Below are positions 40,076-50,709 of a stretch of 64,000 bases of DNA, piece after piece; the stretch's first letter is position 1, and each line of letters opens with the position of its first letter. The DNA is taken from NCBI GenBank assembly GCA_041651035.1, contig JBAZKC010000001.1, positions 195,244 through 259,243 of the forward strand, read 5' to 3'. Source of the DNA: Candidatus Omnitrophota bacterium (GTDB taxonomy: Bacteria; Omnitrophota; Gorgyraeia; Gygaellales; Profunditerraquicolaceae). The notes below the pieces were generated by a model that was not told the DNA's origin, ran no database searches, and saw only the letters and a program-made list of their open reading frames with translations. A program made the translations under genes and the position numbers.

Positions 40076-41266
40076 TTACTCGTACCTTAAGGCCTCCACT
40101 GGTTTTAATTGGCTGGCCTTTGCTGCCGGGTATACAGTAGAAATCAAGACAATAGCCATAGCGGCCACGGTGATCAAGACGATGTCCGGCCAGAACACTA
40201 TAGACACAGGCAATCTATCAATATAATATACATCCTTGGGCAATTTTATGAATTGGTATTTTTTAAGCAGGCCGCACAGGGTAACACCGCCGAATATGCC
40301 GAAGATAACGCCCAGTGTCCCGATAAGCAGGCCTTCATAAGTAAAGATCCTTCTTATGTCCGAAGAAGTCATACCCAGGGTCCTTAATATGCCTATATCC
40401 TTGGTCTTTTCCACGACCATGACTATCAGAGTGCTTATGATATTAAAAGACGCTACCAATATTATCAAGGTTAAAATGATAAACATGGTGAATTTCTCTA
40501 ATTCCAGGGCGGCAAAGAAATTCTGATTTGCCTCCATCCAGGTCTTTAAGTTATAATTGAGGCCTAAAACAGCCGAGAATTCCTGCTTTACTTTATCCGC
40601 TAAATACAGATTATCCAGCTTTATGGCTACGGCGCTTATCTGGCCGTATAAACCCAGCATCTCCTGGGCGCTCTTTAAATGCACGAACAAAAGATTCATA
40701 TCGTAATCGTACATCCCGGAATTAAAGATGCCCGTCACTTTCAGATTATATTGCTTGCCTAACGGCGATATAACCGTAAGATTGGAATTTAACCCTAATC
40801 CCAGATATATGGCTAATTCTTTTCCGATGATGACGCCGTCGCTCTTTAAGCCGTCGATATCTCCGGAGATAACGTATTGCTTTATCTTGGTCACTTCGGT
40901 TTCTGTGGAAGGTTCTATGCCTTTTAAGCCTACCGCCAGGAACCTGTTGCCTTCCTTGATCAATAACTGGCCCTGAATATAAGGGCTTATGCCTTTGACG
41001 CGCGGGTTTGAAGAAATCTTCCTGGCTAAGGCCTCGTATTCATCATTGCTTATCGGCTTATAACCCGATAAGGTAATATGCGAATAATTTCCCACGATCT
41101 TATCGCGAAGGTCTTTATCAAAACCGGTCATTACGGCGATAACCACGATCAAGGCCGTCATGCCTATGGCCACTCCCATGATAGAAATAACGCTGATCAG
41201 GGAGATGAATTTTTCTTTCCTCTTGGTGATTAGATACCGCCAGCTTATGAATAATTCTGTTTTCAT
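40076..41266 (-). CDS. lolC: LolC/LolE-family (FtsX-like) permease
   Basis: 4 TM with large periplasmic loop, FtsX/MacB-like. Confidence 0.7.
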   Translation of the reverse strand: MKTELFISWRYLITKRKEKFISLISVISIMGVAIGMTALIVVIAVMTGFDKDLRDKIVGNYSHITLSGYKPISNDEYEALARKISSNPRVKGISPYIQGQLLIKEGNRFLAVGLKGIEPSTETEVTKIKQYVISGDIDGLKSDGVIIGKELAIYLGLGLNSNLTVISPLGKQYNLKVTGIFNSGMYDYDMNLLFVHLKSAQEMLGLYGQISAVAIKLDNLYLADKVKQEFSAVLGLNYNLKTWMEANQNFFAALELEKFTMFIILTLIILVASFNIISTLIVMVVEKTKDIGILRTLGMTSSDIRRIFTYEGLLIGTLGVIFGIFGGVTLCGLLKKYQFIKLPKDVYYIDRLPVSIVFWPDIVLITVAAMAIVLISTVYPAAKASQLKPVEALRYE

Positions 41267-42744
41267 TTTATGCCGGGGTTCTCCCCCGAAGGGGGCTGTT
41301 CCTGATCTTCTGGCCGTAACAACGGAAACAGGATCACATCTCTTATAGACGGTTGGTCTAAAAGCAGCATCACTAATCTATCTATGCCAATGCCTAAGCC
41401 GCCCGCAGGAGGCATACCGTGTTCTAAGGCTAAACAATAATCATCGTCCACATTCTTCCCTTCGCCGGGGTTTAATTCCCTGACCTCTTCTTCAAAACGT
41501 CTTCTTTGTTCAAGAGGGTCATTTAACTCTGAATAGGCATTGCCGGTCTCCAGCCCCGCTATGAACAACTCAAACCTCTCGCAGATATGGGGGTTGTCTT
41601 TCTTGCCCTTGGCAAGCGGAGATAAATTCGTAAAATAGTCCGTAACAAATGTCGGGCTTATACTTAGATCTTCTTCCAGTATTTCCTCGATTATCTTGTT
41701 TACCTGCGAACGGGAAAGGCGGGTCTTATCTTTTGCCAATCCCTTGATTTGTAATTTCTTCAACATGACAGCTACCTCATCGCCCGCGTCGATATCAAAC
41801 TTCTCCTTAACCATTTCAGAAAAAGAACGCCTCTGCCACGGAGGAGCTAAATTTATAGCCTTGCCCTGATAGACGATCTCTTCCTTACCCAAGACCTCCT
41901 TAGCTACGTAAGCGATCAGGTCCTGGGAAAGCTGCATCATATCTTCATAGTCGGCATAAGCTTTGTAAACCTCAAGCATGGTAAATTCAGGATTATGCCT
42001 TGTAGATACGCCTTCATTACGGAAAGAACGGTTTATTTCGTATACGCGGTCAAGCCCCGCGACTAAAAGCCTTTTTAGATACAGCTCCGGGGCGATCCTT
42101 AGATACAGATCAAAATCATATTCATTATGATGCGTCTTAAAAGGCCTGCCTGCCGCCCCACCGGCGATCGGATGCATCATAGGGGTCTCTACCTCCAGGA
42201 ATCCTTTCTCGTCTAAGAAGCTCCTTATGGCTTTAATGATCCTGGAGCGCATCAAGAATACTTTTTTTACCTCTTCATTCGCGACTAGATCTAAATAACG
42301 CTGCCGGTAACGCAGTTCTATGTCTTTTAAGCCATGCCATTTCTCAGGCAAGGGCCTTAAGGCTTTTGCGAGCACGGCAAACCCTTCTGCCTTAACCGTA
42401 GGCTCACCGCTATGGGTCTTAAATAACTCGCCTTTTATTTCTATAATATCGGCGATATCCACGTCGTCAAAAACAAGAAAGCCCTCTTGGCCTAAGATGT
42501 CAGCCTTAACATAAAGCTGTATTCTTCCCGTAGAGTCTCTTAAATCCAAAAACAGCACTTTGCCGTGAGAACGCTTAGCCATGACCCTGCCGGCGACAAC
42601 AACCTTCATGCCTTCCTGAAATTTAGCCAATACTTCTCCGATATCCATACGGGACCGGTCAGGCCTGTCGTAAGCAGGGATATTTTTCTTCTTAAGGGAC
42701 TCTAATTTATCCCTTCTCTGTTGTAGGATTTCATTTAGTTCCAT
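41263..42744 (-). CDS. lysS: lysine--tRNA ligase (class II)
   Basis: OB-fold N-term, class II motifs. Confidence 0.9.
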   Translation of the reverse strand: MELNEILQQRRDKLESLKKKNIPAYDRPDRSRMDIGEVLAKFQEGMKVVVAGRVMAKRSHGKVLFLDLRDSTGRIQLYVKADILGQEGFLVFDDVDIADIIEIKGELFKTHSGEPTVKAEGFAVLAKALRPLPEKWHGLKDIELRYRQRYLDLVANEEVKKVFLMRSRIIKAIRSFLDEKGFLEVETPMMHPIAGGAAGRPFKTHHNEYDFDLYLRIAPELYLKRLLVAGLDRVYEINRSFRNEGVSTRHNPEFTMLEVYKAYADYEDMMQLSQDLIAYVAKEVLGKEEIVYQGKAINLAPPWQRRSFSEMVKEKFDIDAGDEVAVMLKKLQIKGLAKDKTRLSRSQVNKIIEEILEEDLSISPTFVTDYFTNLSPLAKGKKDNPHICERFELFIAGLETGNAYSELNDPLEQRRRFEEEVRELNPGEGKNVDDDYCLALEHGMPPAGGLGIGIDRLVMLLLDQPSIRDVILFPLLRPEDQEQPPSGENPGIK

Positions 42745-42809
42745 AGAGTTATAATTATATCTTATATCTATTTTCCTGTCAATATATTCACGGTGGGCAG
42801 AAAGAATCA

Positions 42810-42842
42810 GGGGGACGGTTCTATTTCTTAGAACCGTCCCCC
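42810..42842. terminator. GC-rich hairpin GGGGGACGGTTCT-atttctt-AGAACCGTCCCCC + T-run (repeat family A)
   Basis: same 12-nt arm GGGGACGGTTCT as hairpin at 10077-10108. Confidence 0.5.
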
Positions 42843-42860
42843 TGGTTTTTGCGAGAAAAC

Positions 42861-43820
42861 TTAAGCCTTGTATTCAGAAAGCTGTTTTATGCGCTTGAGC
42901 ATATTGGGGTGGGTACTTAACGCTTCTAATAACCTGTCGCCAAAACTCAAATGTATTTTCTTTATCCTTAACTGCTCTAATTCATGGATATCCAGGGTCC
43001 CGCTCTTATCTAAGTCAAGCTGGCTTAATTCTCTGATATCTTTTAATGCCCGTGAAGGATCATTAACAAAGAACGCCTTTAGGCCTTCAGTTTCTTTTAA
43101 GGTCTCTTTATCCATACGCGCGGAGCCATAAACAAGTTTATACAGGCTTGAGGCCAGGGCGGAAGGCTGGTTACCCAATAGCACAGAGCCTTTGTCTGCG
43201 AAATATTCCCTGATACGCGAGGCATAAAGCACCAGCAAATTAGTAATGAAATAAAATAAAAACGCGGCTAAGCCTATAAGAACGGTATTGCCGCCTCTTT
43301 CATCACGCCTGCGCCCATAAAATAAAAACTGCCAGGCGATACGATACATGATCATCGGGATAACCGAAAGGAGAGTAATGGTCAGGACATCGCGGTTCTT
43401 AAGATGGCTTAACTCATGGCCCAGGACAGCCCTTAATTCATCTTCGTTTAGCAGCCGCAGGATCCCTTCTGTGACACAAACCCGTCCGTCTTTTAAAGAC
43501 CTGCCAAAAGCAAAAGCGTTGGGGATAGGGATCTGCGCGATACCTATTCTAGGCATAGGGATCTGCGCTCTTTTAGCCAGATCTTCTACTATTTGATAAA
43601 GCTTAGGGTAATCCTCTTTCTTGACATATTTTACCCGCATCGTCCATTCTACTATCTTTGGCCCGATCATATACTGGATAAATATCATTACTAACGACAA
43701 TATAAGATAAAAGTAGAAATTGGTTACTCCCAGGTACGAACCGATCATAACAATGACCGCGTAAATAATGGCAAAAAGGGCAGCCATTAAAAGCCACATC
43801 CTTAATTTTAAGAACAACAT
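42861..43820 (-). CDS. htpX: HtpX-like M48 zinc metalloprotease
   Basis: HELSHLKNRD zinc motif, 4 TM. Confidence 0.75.
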   Translation of the reverse strand: MLFLKLRMWLLMAALFAIIYAVIVMIGSYLGVTNFYFYLILSLVMIFIQYMIGPKIVEWTMRVKYVKKEDYPKLYQIVEDLAKRAQIPMPRIGIAQIPIPNAFAFGRSLKDGRVCVTEGILRLLNEDELRAVLGHELSHLKNRDVLTITLLSVIPMIMYRIAWQFLFYGRRRDERGGNTVLIGLAAFLFYFITNLLVLYASRIREYFADKGSVLLGNQPSALASSLYKLVYGSARMDKETLKETEGLKAFFVNDPSRALKDIRELSQLDLDKSGTLDIHELEQLRIKKIHLSFGDRLLEALSTHPNMLKRIKQLSEYKA

Positions 43821-43848
43821 TTTACATCCCTCCTATTAGATTTTTTTC

Positions 43849-45039
43849 TCAAGCCTTCCAGATCAAGAATACGCCTAAGCCAAAAAACAAAACTGCCATT
43901 AGTATCTTTATAGTTAAAAGGTGTTTCTTTAAGAAAGCGGAGAATTGCCCTGATGTAACCCCTAATAAAGCAAAGAGAAATATAACCAGCAAAGGCGTGA
44001 TAAACATAAGATTATACAACAAAAGATAGGCTAAAGCCTGCAATTTAAGTTCAGTTGTCTTTAAAATAAAGCTTATGGTGGGCAAATAAGTCTGCCCTGT
44101 GCAGATCGCCTCCAGGATAGATACTAAAAATCCGGTAAATAAAGCGGTTATCCCTAACCTAAAGACATGTTTTGGCAATGACTGCCCTTCTGCCTTAGAC
44201 GGTTTAGTCTTTCTATAATGCATGCCAATAACATAATGTATCCTGTTTTTAATTGACTCCGGCAGCTGCAATAACATCCCTTGAGTGTCTTTATCTTTCC
44301 TGAATTTCAGGAAATCATGGGCCGCCAGTATCGCCAATACAATACTGAATAACCCGATTGAAATATTTAATACCTTAGTCAATACCCAGAACCCTTTTAA
44401 TTGATAAATAAAATTAAATATGCCTAAGCCGACCAAAAGATAGGTAAGGAACACGGCGGATACAAAAGAAAGGCCGATAACAATCAACTCTTTCTTTCTG
44501 TATCCCTGCAGGGCTAAAAAAGAAATAAAGAAAACGATCACGGTAAAGGCGCAAGGATTGATCCCGTCGATCAAACCCGCTCCGATAACAGTAATAAGGG
44601 CAAAACTCCTGAAACGCGCGGTTAGATCTACTACCGGCAGGGCCTCCTCTTTAACAGCGTTGACTAACGGCCCCCTGCTAATCAGGGACTTAAGGGTGCT
44701 CACGATCTCTTTTTTATTGCTCAAGAATTTTCCTTCAAAGAAAAAAACCGGCAGATCTATCTCTGCTGCTTCCTTATATTCCGCCCTCAAGCTCAACAGG
44801 AATTTATAATTATCCATATTGGTTATATCGCGGTACTCTATCTGGATCAAGCCGCCAAACTCCTGGTTTATTTTTGGCACTAAGTCGCTTTTTGCTTCCA
44901 CGCATTTATTACAGCCTGGAGAATAAAAAATGAATAATTTACGAAGAGACGAAGGGGTATCCTGCGCGTAAGCGAAACCGCAGCTTACTGCCATCCCCAG
45001 GATAAAGACAAAAGTAAAATAAATTTTCTTATAATTCAT
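43849..45039 (-). CDS. DsbD-like thiol:disulfide interchange protein (periplasmic thioredoxin domain SPGCNKC fused to CcdA-type TM domain)
   Basis: signal peptide, CxxC thioredoxin motif, TM domain with GINPCAF. Confidence 0.65.
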   Translation of the reverse strand: MNYKKIYFTFVFILGMAVSCGFAYAQDTPSSLRKLFIFYSPGCNKCVEAKSDLVPKINQEFGGLIQIEYRDITNMDNYKFLLSLRAEYKEAAEIDLPVFFFEGKFLSNKKEIVSTLKSLISRGPLVNAVKEEALPVVDLTARFRSFALITVIGAGLIDGINPCAFTVIVFFISFLALQGYRKKELIVIGLSFVSAVFLTYLLVGLGIFNFIYQLKGFWVLTKVLNISIGLFSIVLAILAAHDFLKFRKDKDTQGMLLQLPESIKNRIHYVIGMHYRKTKPSKAEGQSLPKHVFRLGITALFTGFLVSILEAICTGQTYLPTISFILKTTELKLQALAYLLLYNLMFITPLLVIFLFALLGVTSGQFSAFLKKHLLTIKILMAVLFFGLGVFLIWKA

Positions 45040-45049
45040 AGCGCGCCTA

Positions 45050-46492
45050 TTACTTTATGATCTTAGCCGCTGCCTTTAAGGCTTCGGCCTTGTTCTTAAT
45101 CTTTCCTATCGCCTGTAATTCTTCTATCTCGGATAAAATCCTGCCGATCAAAGGCGAGGGCTCTAATTTTAATTTCTTTATCAGGTCATCCCCGTTTATC
45201 AGCCGCGGCAGCTTCTTTTCTTTTGACCTCTTAAAATATTCTTTAATAAGCCCCAGGGATATCTTTTCATGGTGGAGGCGTAATTCTTCGGTAGTCAACG
45301 GCCCCTTAGTGGCGCGCTGGTCAGCGACGGATAATAAAAGCGTGCTTACGGCTTCGCTGCCGGAGTCGCGGAAATACCTGAATACCGCCCGGGGGCTGAG
45401 TTCTTCAATGCCGGCCATATACCCCGGCCTTAAATGCCATAGCACCATCTTATGCAGAGAGTATATCTCGTCGCAGGAAAGCTTAAGCCGCCTTACGATA
45501 TTTTTACTGATATCCAAACCCACCCTTTCATGTCCGTGGAACCTGACCCTGCCGTTCTGGCGGCGCAGGGTATCGGGTTTGCCTATGTCATGCAAGATCA
45601 GCGCTAATTTTATCAATGCCCCGCGTTTTCTATCTCCGCAAATATATTCATTCAGGTAATTCTGGATCTCTTTGTTGTTTTTGGTTTCTTTAACCAAAAC
45701 CTCCAGCTGCCTGACTGCTTCTAAGCTGTGCCTCCAGACGTCAAGATGATGATACCTCCCCTGTTTTACTCCGCGCATCTTCTCGGTTTCAGGAAAGATT
45801 ATTTTTAAGATCCTTAATTTATCCATCATGGCCAGGTAATCAAAGGCATGGGGGCTCTCAAAGATCTTAAACAGCTCGTCGCGGATACGCTCGCTGGAAA
45901 CATCCCGCAGCTTCTTTTTTTCTGATTCCGCCAATTTCAGGGTTGTTTTATCTATTTTAAATCCCAGCAGGCAGGCAAAGCTAAAAATGCGCAATATCCT
46001 TAAAGGGTCTTCGGTGAATGCCTTTTTGTTTGCTACCTTTATTATCTTTGCTTTCAGGTCTTGCCTTCCTTTATAAGGATCAACCAAGAGGCTATCCGGA
46101 TCATTACACTTAAGATAGCTTTCTAATTCCAGCGCCATAGAGTTTATGGTAAAGTCGCGGTGAAAAAGGTCATCTTCTAAAGTTTCCTCCCGGAAATCCG
46201 TAAAATCCAGGGTACATACCTTATCTTTTATTTTTTTAACCAGGCGGCAGGCGCCGCGCTCTTTATCTAAAACGACAAAACCGGCCTTGATCTCTCCAGA
46301 AAGATCCCTGCCGAAATTTATGGCCCCTCTTTTTAAACAGAAATCAATATCCGGATTATCCTTTTCTCTGTTTAAAAGGGAATCGCGCAAGATCCCTCCC
46401 ACCAGGTAAAGCTTTATTTTCTTCGCCCTGGCGAAAGAATAAACTAATCTTAATATAGCTTGATTTCCCAAACTAAACCTGAAGCAACCCAT
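45050..46492 (-). CDS. cca: CCA-adding tRNA nucleotidyltransferase with HD domain
   Basis: PolyA_pol head GGILRD..D.D, HD motif LHDIGKP. Confidence 0.75.
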   Translation of the reverse strand: MGCFRFSLGNQAILRLVYSFARAKKIKLYLVGGILRDSLLNREKDNPDIDFCLKRGAINFGRDLSGEIKAGFVVLDKERGACRLVKKIKDKVCTLDFTDFREETLEDDLFHRDFTINSMALELESYLKCNDPDSLLVDPYKGRQDLKAKIIKVANKKAFTEDPLRILRIFSFACLLGFKIDKTTLKLAESEKKKLRDVSSERIRDELFKIFESPHAFDYLAMMDKLRILKIIFPETEKMRGVKQGRYHHLDVWRHSLEAVRQLEVLVKETKNNKEIQNYLNEYICGDRKRGALIKLALILHDIGKPDTLRRQNGRVRFHGHERVGLDISKNIVRRLKLSCDEIYSLHKMVLWHLRPGYMAGIEELSPRAVFRYFRDSGSEAVSTLLLSVADQRATKGPLTTEELRLHHEKISLGLIKEYFKRSKEKKLPRLINGDDLIKKLKLEPSPLIGRILSEIEELQAIGKIKNKAEALKAAAKIIK

Positions 46493-46496
46493 TTAT

Positions 46497-46907
46497 TTAT
46501 TTTTCCTTATTAAATATCTCCGCCCGTTTGATGATGTCGTCTTCGACAAATATGGGCGTATGCGCCCTTACGGCAAGGGCAATGCTGTCTGAAGGGCGGG
46601 CATCTATGATCTTTATGGAGCCGGATGCGGTTTTTAGGACTATCTTGGCATGGAAAGTATTATCTTCTAATTTATCAATAATGATCTTATCGATAGTAGC
46701 TTCTAAATCCTTTATGGCGGAATGCAAGAGGTCGTGAGTCAAGGGCCGAGGAGGACTAAACCCGCTGATCTTTAATTTTATCGCCGAAGCCTCAGGAAGG
46801 CCTATAACAATAGGCAGTATCCTGGTGCCTTCTTTTTCCTTTAAAACAATAAGCTGGTCATGCCTTTTTTCATCAATTACGATCTTATTTAATTCCATCT
46901 CTACCAT
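46497..46907 (-). CDS. bifunctional nuclease family protein (DUF151)
   Basis: 136 aa; BFN-like. Confidence 0.55.
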   Translation of the reverse strand: MVEMELNKIVIDEKRHDQLIVLKEKEGTRILPIVIGLPEASAIKLKISGFSPPRPLTHDLLHSAIKDLEATIDKIIIDKLEDNTFHAKIVLKTASGSIKIIDARPSDSIALAVRAHTPIFVEDDIIKRAEIFNKEK

Positions 46908-46909
46908 GG

Positions 46910-47395
46910 TTAAAATTTCTTCCTTGCCTGGGTTTTGCGTTTCTCTTTGCCTAAAATATCCTTTAATTCCACCATAAATTGCCCGACGTCCTTGAATTGC
47001 CTGTATACGGAGGCAAACCGGACATAGGCCACATCATCTAAGGCCTTTAATTTCTCCATAACTAATTCTCCAACGCGTGAGGAATGGACTTCGCGGTCGG
47101 ATTTCTTTTGCACGGCGCGCTCTATCTGCGTGATGATCTCTTCCATCTTCTCCATACCAATAGGCCTCTTCTCGCAGGCCCTGATAATGCCGGAGAGTAT
47201 CTTCTTGCGGTCAAACGGCTCGCGCCGGCCGTCTTTCTTTATCACCATTAAAGATACTTCTTCAATATATTCATAGGTAGTAAAACGTTTGCCGCAATTC
47301 AGGCATTCGCGCCTTCTGCGCACCGCTGACTCTTCAGCCGTAGCGCGGGAATCCACAACCTTGTCCTCTTTGTAGCCGCAATAAGGGCACTTCAC
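46910..47395 (-). CDS. nrdR: transcriptional repressor NrdR
   Basis: MKCPYCG zinc ribbon + ATP-cone. Confidence 0.85.
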   Translation of the reverse strand: MKCPYCGYKEDKVVDSRATAEESAVRRRRECLNCGKRFTTYEYIEEVSLMVIKKDGRREPFDRKKILSGIIRACEKRPIGMEKMEEIITQIERAVQKKSDREVHSSRVGELVMEKLKALDDVAYVRFASVYRQFKDVGQFMVELKDILGKEKRKTQARKKF

Positions 47396-47925
47396 TTAAG
47401 CCTCGCTCTTATTATTTTTATCCCGGCCTCTTTAAGCATCCGCTGGGCTAATTCATCAGGATAGCCTTCCAGCATTACCACCTTTTTAACTCCGGCGCTG
47501 ATCAGCATTTTAGTGCAGGTTACGCAGGGTTGATTAGTTACATAAAGGACGGAATCCTTTAAGTCTACTCCATGGATTACCGCCTGGATTATTACATTCT
47601 GCTCCGCGTGCAGGCCCCTGCATAATTCCTGGCGCTGGCCTGAAGGGATATTTAATTTCTGGCGGATGCAGCCGGCATCAATACAATGGGCTAAACCAGA
47701 AGGCACACCGTTATATCCGGTGGCTAAAATCCTTTTATCGCGGACCGCCACAGCTCCTACGTATCTGCGCAGGCAGGTTGAGCGCCGGGAAACAAGCTTG
47801 GCCATCTCTAAAAAATATTCATCCCAACTCGGGCGTTCCACAGATTTCCCCGGCAGACAAGGCTGCCCCGGGCCCGCATAGTGGGATTTTAGTATATTCT
47901 TACGGGATATATTTTTCTTTTTCAT
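47392..47925 (-). CDS. dCMP deaminase (ComEB-like)
   Basis: HAEQN and PCVTC zinc-binding motifs. Confidence 0.75.
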   Translation of the reverse strand: MKKKNISRKNILKSHYAGPGQPCLPGKSVERPSWDEYFLEMAKLVSRRSTCLRRYVGAVAVRDKRILATGYNGVPSGLAHCIDAGCIRQKLNIPSGQRQELCRGLHAEQNVIIQAVIHGVDLKDSVLYVTNQPCVTCTKMLISAGVKKVVMLEGYPDELAQRMLKEAGIKIIRARLK

Positions 47926-49175
47926 ATTTTCTTGAATAGCTCCGGATAGAGGGGGAATTTCTTTGTCAAGATCAATACTTCTTTTTTGATTTTTGAGAGC
48001 GCCTCAAGATCGTTACTTAGGGCTATGGCATCGTTTATAAACCGGGCGATCTTCTGCATCTGGAGCTCTTTCATCCCGCGGGTAGTCACCGCGGCAGTGC
48101 CTAAGCGTATGCCGCTGGCAACATTGGCGCTTTTTTTGTCAAAAGGAATGAGGTTTTTATTCACGGTAATACCAGCGTGCCCTAAGACCAAAGACGCGTC
48201 GCTTCCGGTAATGCCTTTTCCGGATAGATCTACCAGCATTAAATGCGTGTCAGTGCCTCCGGAAACTATACGGAATCCATACCCGGCCAAAGATTTAGCA
48301 AGTTCCCGGGCATTTTTTACTACCTGTTCCTGATAAACTTTGAATTTCGGGCTCATTGCCTGACGAAAAGCAATGGCCTTAGCGGCAATAACATGCATTA
48401 AAGGGCCTCCCTGTATACCCGGAAAGATGATAGAGTCTATTTTCCTGGCAAATTCTTCTTTACAGATGATAAATCCGCCCCGCGGCCCGCGCAATGTCTT
48501 ATGAGTGGTAGAAGTAACAAATTCAGCGAAAGGCACCGGCGAAGGATGGACGCCCGCGGCGACAAGCCCGGCAATGTGCGCCATGTCCACAAAAAGATAC
48601 GCGCCTACTTTATCGCAGATCTTACGGAATTGCTTAAAGTCAAGTATCCTGGGATACGCTGAGGCTCCTGCCAGGATCATTTTAGGCTTATGTTTTTTCG
48701 CTAAGCTTAAAATATTATCATAATCCAATGTTTCGGTCTTTGGGTCCAAGCCATAACCGATAACATTATAGAACATGCCGGAGAAATTATGCGGGTGGCC
48801 GTGCGTTAAATGCCCTCCTGAGGCCAGGTCCATCGCTAAAACCGTATCGCCTAATTTCAACGCGGAAAAATAAACCGCCATATTCGCCTGACTGCCGGAA
48901 TGCGCCTGGACATTGACATGTTCAGCCCCAAACAATTTCTTTGCCCGTTCGATAGCCAATGTTTCGGCGTCATCTACGTATTCGCATCCGCCATACCAGC
49001 GGCGGTGAGGATACCCTTCAGCGTATTTATTGGTAAGGACCGAACCCTGCGCTTCAAGCACGGCAAGAGAAGCAAAATTCTCGGAGGCGATTAACTCCAG
49101 GTTATCTTCTTCTCTTATTATTTCATTCTTTATCGCGTTATAAATTTCCGGATCGATATTCTTTATGTGTTCCAC
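47922..49175 (-). CDS. glyA: serine hydroxymethyltransferase
   Basis: PLP site [13 protein letters not shown]. Confidence 0.9.
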   Translation of the reverse strand: MEHIKNIDPEIYNAIKNEIIREEDNLELIASENFASLAVLEAQGSVLTNKYAEGYPHRRWYGGCEYVDDAETLAIERAKKLFGAEHVNVQAHSGSQANMAVYFSALKLGDTVLAMDLASGGHLTHGHPHNFSGMFYNVIGYGLDPKTETLDYDNILSLAKKHKPKMILAGASAYPRILDFKQFRKICDKVGAYLFVDMAHIAGLVAAGVHPSPVPFAEFVTSTTHKTLRGPRGGFIICKEEFARKIDSIIFPGIQGGPLMHVIAAKAIAFRQAMSPKFKVYQEQVVKNARELAKSLAGYGFRIVSGGTDTHLMLVDLSGKGITGSDASLVLGHAGITVNKNLIPFDKKSANVASGIRLGTAAVTTRGMKELQMQKIARFINDAIALSNDLEALSKIKKEVLILTKKFPLYPELFKKI

Positions 49176-49633
49176 TTTTTTCGGCTCCTTATCTCTTTTT
49201 CAATATCTTTTATCCGGTTCAGGCGCGCCTTGTGCCTGCCGCCCTGGAATTTTGTATTTAACCAAACTCCCGCGATCCTTCTGGCTAACGCGGAGTTTAC
49301 GAAAGCGGATCCCAAGACCAGCACATTGCTGTCGTTGTGCTGGCGGGAAAGCCGGGCCGCCTTTATGTTATAACATAGCGCCGCGCGCACTCCGGGCAGC
49401 CTGTTTGCCACGATAGAGTTGCCTATACCGCTCTTACAAATAAGAATGCCTCTTTCCACCCTGGCACCGGATATTTCTTTAGCTAAGGCGTAGGCGAAAT
49501 CAGGATAATTACAGCGCTCCTTTGAATAAGTGCCTAGATCTTTTATCTTCAGGCCTTTATTTTTCAGGTAAGGCTTTAATTTTTCTTTAAGCATGAATCC
49601 CGCGTGATCAGAAGCTATGGCTATGCGTTTCAT
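49163..49633 (-). CDS. rpiB: ribose-5-phosphate isomerase B
   Basis: RpiB/LacA/LacB N-terminus [13 protein letters not shown]. Confidence 0.85.
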   Translation of the reverse strand: MKRIAIASDHAGFMLKEKLKPYLKNKGLKIKDLGTYSKERCNYPDFAYALAKEISGARVERGILICKSGIGNSIVANRLPGVRAALCYNIKAARLSRQHNDSNVLVLGSAFVNSALARRIAGVWLNTKFQGGRHKARLNRIKDIEKEIRSRKKWNT

Positions 49634-50709
49634 ATTATACTGCTTATCCTTTCCACGGATTCTTTAATTACCTCAAAGGTCTTTTCGTAAAACTCTACGG
49701 GCTTACCTATAGGATCGTCTATCTCCAGGCTATTATCGCTTATTTTAGCAAATTCTTTTAATAAGAAAAGCTTAAATTTTACTTCAGGGAACATTTCTAA
49801 GATCCTTTTTTCCTGCAGCTGTTCCATCACCAGGATCATGTCGGCTTTCTTGACCATATCCGGGGTTATTCTTTGTGAAATATGTCCGGACACATCCATC
49901 CCCCTTTTTCTTAAAATCTCCCTTGTTGACTCTGTCGCGCCCGTTCCCCCCATCATCATTATACCGGCAGATACAACTTCAACGTCATCCCTGTTTTTTT
50001 CTTTCAATATCTTTTTTAAAACAGCTTCAGCCATTACTGAACGGCAGGAATTCCCCGTGCAGACAAAAAGAATGTTTTTCTTCCGCAGTATAGCCAGGAT
50101 ATCTTCTTTTTTTACCGCCCCTTCTCTTAAAACTTCAGGCGGCAGGACAGTCAAGTCTACAATGGAAGATTCGATCCCCAGCCTGGCGCTGCCTGCGTCT
50201 ATGGCAAGTTCTACCAGCCCGTTTAAGTCCTTTATCGCCTCCGAGAAATTTACCGGAGCGGGCTTTCCGGAGATATTTGCCGACGGACAAATTATAGGCA
50301 CGCCTGCCTGCGCGATTATCTCCAAAGCAACTTTATTATCCGGCATACGCAGGCCGATAGTGCCAATACCGGAGGCGCCTCCGCTGTTCTTGGACTTAAG
50401 TATAAGCGTCAATGGCCCGGGCCAGAATTTATCTATAAGCCTGTAGGCAGAAGCCGGGATAGCGCTGGCGAATTCTTCTATTCTTTCTTTTTTATCTACA
50501 TGCAGGGAAAAGGGCTTGTTTTCCGGCCTCTTCTTTATTTTATATAACCTGCCCAATGCTTTGTTGTTGGACATATCAGCCGCTATACCGTAGACTGTTT
50601 CCGTAGGAATGATCACCAGCCTGCCGTCCTTTAAGGCATCGGCAGCTTCTTTGAGGCGGCTCTGTTCGGGCCTTTCAGGGCTTACCTTGATTATTTTAGT
50701 AGAGATCAT
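49630..50709 (-). CDS. fusion: threonylcarbamoyl-AMP synthase (TsaC/YrdC domain) + low-molecular-weight phosphatase (YwlE-like, CTGNSCRS)
   Basis: N-term YRLIDKFWPGPLTLIL (YrdC); C-term ILFVCTGNSCRSVMAE P-loop of LMW-PTP family. Confidence 0.75.
   Translation of the reverse strand: MISTKIIKVSPERPEQSRLKEAADALKDGRLVIIPTETVYGIAADMSNNKALGRLYKIKKRPENKPFSLHVDKKERIEEFASAIPASAYRLIDKFWPGPLTLILKSKNSGGASGIGTIGLRMPDNKVALEIIAQAGVPIICPSANISGKPAPVNFSEAIKDLNGLVELAIDAGSARLGIESSIVDLTVLPPEVLREGAVKKEDILAILRKKNILFVCTGNSCRSVMAEAVLKKILKEKNRDDVEVVSAGIMMMGGTGATESTREILRKRGMDVSGHISQRITPDMVKKADMILVMEQLQEKRILEMFPEVKFKLFLLKEFAKISDNSLEIDDPIGKPVEFYEKTFEVIKESVERISSII

Noticed and set aside
43600-43800. EF-hand-like stretch DKSGTLDIHELE in the HtpX C-terminus
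   Set aside because: It is a single short acidic loop without the full 12-residue EF-hand consensus. It is likely coincidental.
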